From: an uncultured Eubacteriales bacterium
GTDB taxonomy: Bacteria > Bacillota > Clostridia > Christensenellales > Aristaeellaceae
Length of the DNA stretch: 64,000 bases
Assembly (NCBI GenBank): GCA_902760595.1
Contig: CACWHI010000001.1
Span: 124,963 to 188,962, forward strand
Direction: 5' to 3'
Shown in pieces: positions 58,257-64,000 of this stretch. Below the pieces are notes generated by a model, which was given only the letters and a program-made list of their open reading frames with translations, was not told the DNA's origin and did not search any database. A program made the position numbers and the translations under genes. The stretch's first letter is position 1, and every line of letters starts with the position of its first letter.

Positions 58257-59738
58257 TTGAAGCTTTGCATTTATACCAACGCGCCTGAGCTGGGCAATGA
58301 TATCGCCGATGTCGCCCGTATCTTTTACGGGCAGCTCGACTATGCCGTTTATCCTCTGAACGAGCCGGCGGCCGGCGACGCGGGTCTCGCCCTCAGGGTC
58401 AGTGACGAAGCGGCCGGCCAGACACGGCTCGTGTCTGCCACGGCTTCCGGCGCGGTCACAGGCGCGGAGCAGGCAGGATACGCCGAGGAAAGCGACTCGC
58501 TTGAGCGCAAAAGGGTGCGCAAGCGCACCGTTAAGCTGGCGGTGTATGCCATCCTTAGACGGGAGACGGGCATCCAGCCGCCCTGGGGTGCTTTGACGGG
58601 GATCCGGCCTACGCGGCTCATTTATCAGCGGATGGAGCGCGGTGATACGTATGAACAGGCGCTCGGATGGCTGCGGAACAGTTTTGACGTAACGCCTGAA
58701 AAGCTCAGACTACTGAAAGATATCATACAGGTCCAGAGCACCCTTCCGCCGCCAGCGCATAACCAGGTGGAGCTCTATGTGGGGATCCCCTTCTGCGTTT
58801 CAAGATGCGCCTACTGCAGCTTTGCCAGCGGTGAGATCGGCAGCGGGAAGCTGGTCCGGCCTTATGTGGACGCGCTGCTCTATGAGATCGGACGGATGAA
58901 AGAGCTGCTGCAGGAGAAGGATATCACAGTTTCCACCGTATACATGGGCGGCGGGACCCCGACATCGCTTCCGGCTGACGAAATGGGAAGGCTGCTGGAG
59001 GCGCTCAGGCCCTTGGCGGATGGACGGGAATTCACGGTCGAAGCGGGTCGGCCGGACACAATCGACCGGGAAAAACTGACGCTGCTCCGCGCGTCAGGCG
59101 TGACGCGTATCTCCATCAACCCCCAGACCTTTCATGACGAGACGCTCGAAAGGATAGGCAGAAGGCATACTTCCGCGCAGACCGTAAAGGCGTATGAGCT
59201 GGCGCGTTCGCTGGGATTTGACGATATCAATATGGACCTGATCGCGGGCCTTCCCGGAGAGGATGAGGGCATGTTCCGCGAATCCCTGGACCGGATATCC
59301 GAGCTGAAGCCGGACAGCCTGACGGTCCATTCTCTGGCGATCAAGCATGCCAGCGCCATGCATCTCTATAACGCGCTGCTTCCGGACGGCAGGATGACAG
59401 CCTCCATGATGTCGGAAGCAGACAGGGCTGCGCGCGCGCTTTCCCTGCGCCCTTATTATATGTACCGGCAGAAATACATGGCCGGAGCGCTGGAAAACGT
59501 CGCGTACGCGCGGGCGGGTGCGGAGTGTGTCTACAATGTAAGGATGATGGAGGAGACCGGGCATGTGCTCGCGCTGGGCGCGGGCGCGATCTCCAAACGC
59601 ATCGCGCCGAGCGGCGGCAGGATCGTCCGCGCGCCTAACGTGGGGAATATAGAGGAATACATCCGCCGCGTGGGTGAAATGTGCGAGCGGAAGGAAGCTC
59701 TCTGGAATACGGATTTGAACAGATCCGGCGAAAACTGA
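58257..59738 (+). CDS. radical SAM protein, HemN/HemZ-like coproporphyrinogen-dehydrogenase family
   Basis: CVSRCAYCSF CxxxCxxC radical SAM motif after a ~180-aa N-terminal extension; 493 aa, HemZ-like. The putative TTG start makes the start uncertain. Confidence 0.6.
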   Translation: MKLCIYTNAPELGNDIADVARIFYGQLDYAVYPLNEPAAGDAGLALRVSDEAAGQTRLVSATASGAVTGAEQAGYAEESDSLERKRVRKRTVKLAVYAILRRETGIQPPWGALTGIRPTRLIYQRMERGDTYEQALGWLRNSFDVTPEKLRLLKDIIQVQSTLPPPAHNQVELYVGIPFCVSRCAYCSFASGEIGSGKLVRPYVDALLYEIGRMKELLQEKDITVSTVYMGGGTPTSLPADEMGRLLEALRPLADGREFTVEAGRPDTIDREKLTLLRASGVTRISINPQTFHDETLERIGRRHTSAQTVKAYELARSLGFDDINMDLIAGLPGEDEGMFRESLDRISELKPDSLTVHSLAIKHASAMHLYNALLPDGRMTASMMSEADRAARALSLRPYYMYRQKYMAGALENVAYARAGAECVYNVRMMEETGHVLALGAGAISKRIAPSGGRIVRAPNVGNIEEYIRRVGEMCERKEALWNTDLNRSGEN

Positions 59739-59863
59739 TTGCCACAGGTACGAAATCGTGTTATCATAAATCTGTTCCCGGATCGGGGAACATGCTTTTC
59801 CGGTATGTAATGCTCGCAGAAAACGACGTCCGTGTCAGCCGGAACGGCCAGAAGGAGAAGGAA

Positions 59864-61246
59864 ATGAAGATTGTCGTCATTGGAGATGGCAAAATCGGTT
59901 TCACCGTGACGCAGGCGCTTGTGAAGGAAGGCCACGACCTTGTGGTCATCGACAATCAGAGCGCGGCGCTGAAGCAGACGGAGGACAGCCTGGATGTTCA
60001 GGTGCTGGAGGGGAACGGTGCTTCCGTATCCATCCAGAAACAGGCTGGCGTTGATCATGCGGATTTGATGATTGCGGTCACGGAAGCGGATGAAACGAAT
60101 CTGCTGTGCTGTATGATTGCCAGGCACCTGGGCTGTGCGAACACCATCGCGCGGATCCGCAGCCCTGAATACAATGAAGACGTGTACCTGCTCAAGGAAG
60201 GCCTCGGTCTGAGCATGGTCGTCAATCCCGAACGCTCTACGGCCAAGCAGATCAGCGCACTGCTGCAGTACCCTTCCTTCTTGAAGCGTGAGAAGTTCGC
60301 GAAGGGCCGCGCGGAGATCGTTGAGATGTCGGTGCCCTCCGGCGGCAAGCTGGATGGCATGGTGCTGTCTGAGCTGTACAAGTCGCTGCGCGTGCACGTG
60401 CTGGTGTGCGCCGTAGAGCGTGAAAACAATGTCTATATCCCCGACGGACGCTTTACGCTGCAGGCGGGGGATCATATTTACGTGACCGCCGCGACCTCGG
60501 ATCTGCTGAGCCTGCTCAAATCCACGGGCTACGAAACGCCGCGCGTGCGTTCCGTGCTGATGATCGGCGGAAGCCGCATCGCGGTCTATCTGACCCAGTT
60601 CCTGGCGCAGACGGGCGTCGACGTCAAAATCATCGAAACGGACCTTGACCGCTGCAACCTCCTGAGCGAGAAGCTGCCGAAGGCGGAGATCATCCACGCG
60701 GACGGGACGTCCTTCTCCGTGCTCAGGCAGGAAGGAATCGAGGAAATGGACGCGGTCATCGCGCTGACGAATATCGACGAGCAGAATATCATCGCTTCCA
60801 TGTTTGCCCACAGGCTCGAGGTCCCGAAGGTCGTCTGCAAGGTGAACAGGACGGAATACGCTTCGATCATGTCTGACGATATCCGCGAATGCGTCATTAC
60901 ACCGCGTATCCTGACGGCCAATGACATCCTGCGCTATGTGCGCGCGATGGAAAACCGTCCGGGCGAGGGCGTGATCACCCTTCACCGCCTGGTGAGCGAC
61001 CGCGTGGAAGCACTCGAGTTTGCCGTCAACCCATCGACCTGGTATGTGGATACCCCGTTAAAAGAGATCCCGATCAGGGGCGACCTGCGCATCGCGCTCA
61101 TTACCCGCCACGGGAACACGATCGTGCCATCCGGCGAGGACAGCCTGAAAATGGGGGACTCCTGCGTCATCGTTACGACATCCGCGGGAGAGCTTGATAC
61201 GCTCAACGATATCTTTACGCAGGCTCCCAGGGGGACGCGCGCATGA
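59864..61246 (+). CDS. trkA: Trk-system potassium uptake protein TrkA (two tandem RCK domains)
   Basis: MKIVVIGDGKIGFTVTQAL and a second IGGSRIAVYLTQFL Rossmann/RCK motif. The start was moved to the ATG after GAAGGAGAAGG. Confidence 0.8.
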   Translation: MKIVVIGDGKIGFTVTQALVKEGHDLVVIDNQSAALKQTEDSLDVQVLEGNGASVSIQKQAGVDHADLMIAVTEADETNLLCCMIARHLGCANTIARIRSPEYNEDVYLLKEGLGLSMVVNPERSTAKQISALLQYPSFLKREKFAKGRAEIVEMSVPSGGKLDGMVLSELYKSLRVHVLVCAVERENNVYIPDGRFTLQAGDHIYVTAATSDLLSLLKSTGYETPRVRSVLMIGGSRIAVYLTQFLAQTGVDVKIIETDLDRCNLLSEKLPKAEIIHADGTSFSVLRQEGIEEMDAVIALTNIDEQNIIASMFAHRLEVPKVVCKVNRTEYASIMSDDIRECVITPRILTANDILRYVRAMENRPGEGVITLHRLVSDRVEALEFAVNPSTWYVDTPLKEIPIRGDLRIALITRHGNTIVPSGEDSLKMGDSCVIVTTSAGELDTLNDIFTQAPRGTRA

Positions 61247-62700
61247 ATTACCGCATGATCCTGAAGCTCCTGTGCAGTGTGCTGCGCATCGTGGCCGCGT
61301 TCATGATCCCGGCCGCGGTCATCAGTCTGTGCTACGGCGAAATGGAGAGCTTCTGGGGCTTCATCATCACGCTCAGTCTGATGCTGCTGCTGAGCCTGAC
61401 GACCTTTCTCTGTCCCGCGGAAAAGAAAACGTTTTATGCGCGGGAGGCTTTTGTGCTGGCCAGCCTGACCTGGCTGATGGTGTCTGTTTTAGGCGCTCTG
61501 CCCTTCGTGCTGGATAAAACGATTTCCAATTTCATCGACGCTTTCTTTGAAACGGCCTCCGGCTTTACCACGACCGGAGCGAGTATCGTCGTTGATTATG
61601 GCGCACTGACCATGGGCGCCAAATACTGGCGCAGCTTTACTCATTGGCTGGGCGGAATGGGCGTGCTGGTATTCCTGCTGGCACTGGAGCCGATCACCAG
61701 CGGAAGCGGCAGCGGAGATTCGATCCACATCATGCGCGCCGAATCGCCTGGCCCGCAGGTCAGCAAGCTGGTGCCCCATACGCTGAGCAGCGCCCGGATC
61801 CTGTACATGATCTATATCTTTATGACGCTCGTCCTGTTCGCGCTTTTAGCGGCGGGCGGCATGGATATCTTTGAAGCGGTGTGCATCGCCTTCGGTACGG
61901 CGGGTACGGGCGGATTCGCGCTGGTCCCCTCGTCCATCGGCGGGTACAGTCCCTATATCCAGTGGGTCGTGGCCGTGTTCATGATGCTGTTCGGCGTCAA
62001 TTTTGGTATATACTATCTGATCCTGCAGCGGCAGTTCAAAAAGGTCGTACGGAACTCCGAGCTTTGGATGTATCTGGGGATCATGCTGGCCGCTACGGGA
62101 CTCATATTCCTGTATGTCCGTCCGATATACGGCGTTGCGGACGGCCTCAGGCAGAGCTTTTTCCAGGTCAGCTCCATCATGACGAGCACAGGCTTTGCCA
62201 CGGTGGACTTCAATCTGTGGCCGCAGTTTGCCCGTACCTTGCTGGTCAGCCTGATGCTGATCGGCGCCTGCGCGGGCTCGACCGGCGGCGGCTTCAAGGT
62301 ATCGCGCGTGCTGATGCTCTTCAAATCCCTGAAGCGGGAGGTCCGGCGCTCGCTGCATCCGAACACGGTGGGTAAGGTGCATATCGACGGCGAGGCGGTA
62401 TCCGCGGAAACCATCAGCAATACCTATGCCTACCTGGTCGCGTACTGCCTGATCATCATTTTTTCCACACTGCTCCTGGCGTTTGACGGCAACACGTTTG
62501 AAACTAATATCACGGCGGTCATCGCCTGCCTGAACAATATCGGCCCTGGTCTGGACATGGTGGGTCCCATGGGCGGGTACGCCGGCTTCTCCGTCGTCAG
62601 CAAGATCGTGCTGATCCTGAATATGCTGCTTGGCAGACTGGAAATTTTCCCCATGCTGATCATATTTGTGCCCGGAGTATGGAAGAAAGCGAGGAAATGA
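61243..62700 (+). CDS. trkH: TrkH/KtrB-family potassium transporter
   Basis: Multi-TM protein with the repeated selectivity-like motifs (TTTGFTTTG, GTAGTGGF, TSTGFATVD, GSTGGGFK) characteristic of TrkH. The start overlaps the trkA stop as ATGA. Confidence 0.8.
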   Translation: MNYRMILKLLCSVLRIVAAFMIPAAVISLCYGEMESFWGFIITLSLMLLLSLTTFLCPAEKKTFYAREAFVLASLTWLMVSVLGALPFVLDKTISNFIDAFFETASGFTTTGASIVVDYGALTMGAKYWRSFTHWLGGMGVLVFLLALEPITSGSGSGDSIHIMRAESPGPQVSKLVPHTLSSARILYMIYIFMTLVLFALLAAGGMDIFEAVCIAFGTAGTGGFALVPSSIGGYSPYIQWVVAVFMMLFGVNFGIYYLILQRQFKKVVRNSELWMYLGIMLAATGLIFLYVRPIYGVADGLRQSFFQVSSIMTSTGFATVDFNLWPQFARTLLVSLMLIGACAGSTGGGFKVSRVLMLFKSLKREVRRSLHPNTVGKVHIDGEAVSAETISNTYAYLVAYCLIIIFSTLLLAFDGNTFETNITAVIACLNNIGPGLDMVGPMGGYAGFSVVSKIVLILNMLLGRLEIFPMLIIFVPGVWKKARK

Positions 62701-62704
62701 GCTG

Positions 62705-63421
62705 ATGGAACTGCATTTTCTTGGCAGAGGCGCCGCATTCAATCCCCTGGAGGGAAACACGTCTGCCTACTATCGGGAAGGCGATCACCTGTTCCTGATC
62801 GACTGCGGTGAGAGCGTGTTCACTGAATTCATCCGCAGAGGGCTGTTTGAAGGAGCAGGCCAACTGTGGATCGCGGTTTCCCATTTCCACTCGGACCACT
62901 GCGGGTCGCTTGGCTCGGTGGTGCTTTACTGCGCCGAGATCCTGCACATTCCGGTGCATATCCTTCTTCCGAAGGGCGACGAGCGCTATGAAGCCGAGAT
63001 GCGCCAGCTTCTTCAGCTGTTCGGCGTCTCGGACGAGTGCTTTCAGTTTGACGCCGAAGGGACCTTACAGGCGTTTACCGGTTTCAGCTCCATGTCCTTC
63101 TGCAGGACAAAGCACGCGCCGGGCATGATCTGCTACTCCTTCTCCTTTGATACGCCTGAGGGAGGCTTGTTTTACACCGCGGATACGGCGACGGCCGACG
63201 GGATCAGGGCGTTCATCGCGGCGCATCCGTGCTTTGAGCGCATCTATACAGAAGGGATCGACGCGCCGAATCATCCCGTTCATTTGCCGCTGCATGAGCT
63301 GGCGGACGCGGTGCCCGAGCAGCTTCGCGGGAAGGTCCGCCTGATGCACCTGAACGGAGCAAATTGCGAGCAGGCCGCGAAAGCGCTGGGCTTCTCCGCT
63401 GTCCAGACAGAAAACGCCTGA
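62705..63421 (+). CDS. MBL-fold metallo-hydrolase
   Basis: HFHSDHCG (HxHxDH) motif; 238 aa. The start was moved to MELHF after the trkH stop. Confidence 0.6.
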   Translation: MELHFLGRGAAFNPLEGNTSAYYREGDHLFLIDCGESVFTEFIRRGLFEGAGQLWIAVSHFHSDHCGSLGSVVLYCAEILHIPVHILLPKGDERYEAEMRQLLQLFGVSDECFQFDAEGTLQAFTGFSSMSFCRTKHAPGMICYSFSFDTPEGGLFYTADTATADGIRAFIAAHPCFERIYTEGIDAPNHPVHLPLHELADAVPEQLRGKVRLMHLNGANCEQAAKALGFSAVQTENA

Positions 63422-63460
63422 TTTTTCACACGGCAGAGTATAAATAACAAGGAGGCGGCT

Positions 63461-63883
63461 ATGGAACTCTGGAACCATGTCTATGAGGTGGCTGAAAAGT
63501 GGTTTACCCTCATCGTGCAGGCTTCGATCCTTCTGATGGAGCTGATCGGTGTCCTGATCATTCTTTGGACAGTAGGACAGTGCATCTACTGCGTCCTTAA
63601 GAAGAAGCAGCGCAACCTGCGCCTCCTGCTGGCGCACGGGATCGCGTTTGCTCTGGAGTTCAAGCTTGGCGGCGAAGTGCTTCGCACGATCCTGGCAAGG
63701 GACTTTGAGGAGATCGGCATGATTGCCTGCGTCATCGCGCTGCGCGCCGCGCTGACCTTCCTGCTGCACTGGGAAGTCAAGGAAGAGCATGAAGAGGACG
63801 AGGCGGGGCGGAACAAGGACGATATTGCCGTCATACAAAAAAGGAACAAGCCCTCGGCAAAGCAGTCAGCGCCGGAAAAATGA
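63461..63883 (+). CDS. small membrane protein (DUF1622-like)
   Basis: RBS AAGGAGG, two predicted TM helices and an acidic C-terminal tail. Confidence 0.5.
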   Translation: MELWNHVYEVAEKWFTLIVQASILLMELIGVLIILWTVGQCIYCVLKKKQRNLRLLLAHGIAFALEFKLGGEVLRTILARDFEEIGMIACVIALRAALTFLLHWEVKEEHEEDEAGRNKDDIAVIQKRNKPSAKQSAPEK

Positions 63884-63892
63884 GACTTCAGG

Positions 63893-63920
63893 AATCCTCC
63901 GTCCGGAACGGAGGATTTTT
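63893..63920 (+). terminator. rho-independent terminator
   Basis: AATCCTCCG-tccggaa-CGGAGGATT followed by TTTTT, immediately after the 63883 stop. Confidence 0.7.
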
Positions 63921-64000
63921 AAATTGACAGAGCAGGAAAATGAAAATATATGTGGAAGTATAAAAATGGGTGAGATTTGGGTTATATATAATCTCAATCT

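Noticed and set aside
1-64000. Mobile elements, prophage, tRNA/rRNA, CRISPR-Cas
   Set aside because: No transposase, integrase or recombinase-like ORF was found. No cloverleaf-like sequence was found in intergenic regions, and no spacer-repeat arrays. Intergenic space is minimal

Overview
This 64 kb window is a high-GC (about 60-65%) Firmicutes/Clostridia-type chromosomal segment that is almost entirely coding. Most of it is housekeeping backbone in classic arrangements, and the whole window was read on both strands. A minus-strand block contains an SDR oxidoreductase, a secreted transglutaminase-like protein, lysC, araD and araB. Plus-strand pcrA-ligA follow, then an unknown protein, an RluA-family pseudouridine synthase and two HAD hydrolases. 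A small minus-strand glycan locus (GH130, SASA-type esterase, small ORF, CopZ-like protein) is followed by a long minus-strand array: PfkB kinase, queA, ruvB-ruvA-ruvC, a DagK-like lipid kinase, comEA, cysS, cysE, ppk1 and a metallophosphoesterase. Next come thrS, a clostridial glpA-type three-gene operon, HAD-IIA, tdk, a peptidoglycan-binding repeat protein, radA, a beta-lactamase-family hydrolase, an S4 protein and hup. The window ends with pheS-pheT, secD-secF, recJ-relA, a hemZ-like radical SAM gene, trkA-trkH, an MBL hydrolase and a small membrane protein. No tRNA, rRNA, CRISPR, transposase or integrase was recognised. The stand-out region is a compact three-gene plus-strand module with its own promoter (31166-36963), inserted between thrS and the glp operon. 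It encodes a soluble SPFH/band-7 protein flanked by three N-terminal and three C-terminal zinc ribbons, a small two-helix membrane protein, and a 1193-aa protein with an N-terminal zinc ribbon and a TIR domain that keeps the catalytic-type Glu. That third protein continues with a very charged coiled coil, one positive-inside transmembrane helix and about 630 aa of TPR-like repeats predicted to lie outside the cell. This gives a cytoplasmic TIR and an extracytoplasmic repeat sensor, a Toll-like-receptor-style topology with the domain order inverted. It is a candidate undescribed membrane-associated TIR defense or signalling system. Secondary curiosities are a low-GC (~45%) islet between pheT and secD that encodes a SecD-periplasmic-domain paralog, and a short T-box-like leader ahead of thrS. 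Long antisense ORFs are pervasive and are treated as GC-driven artifacts.
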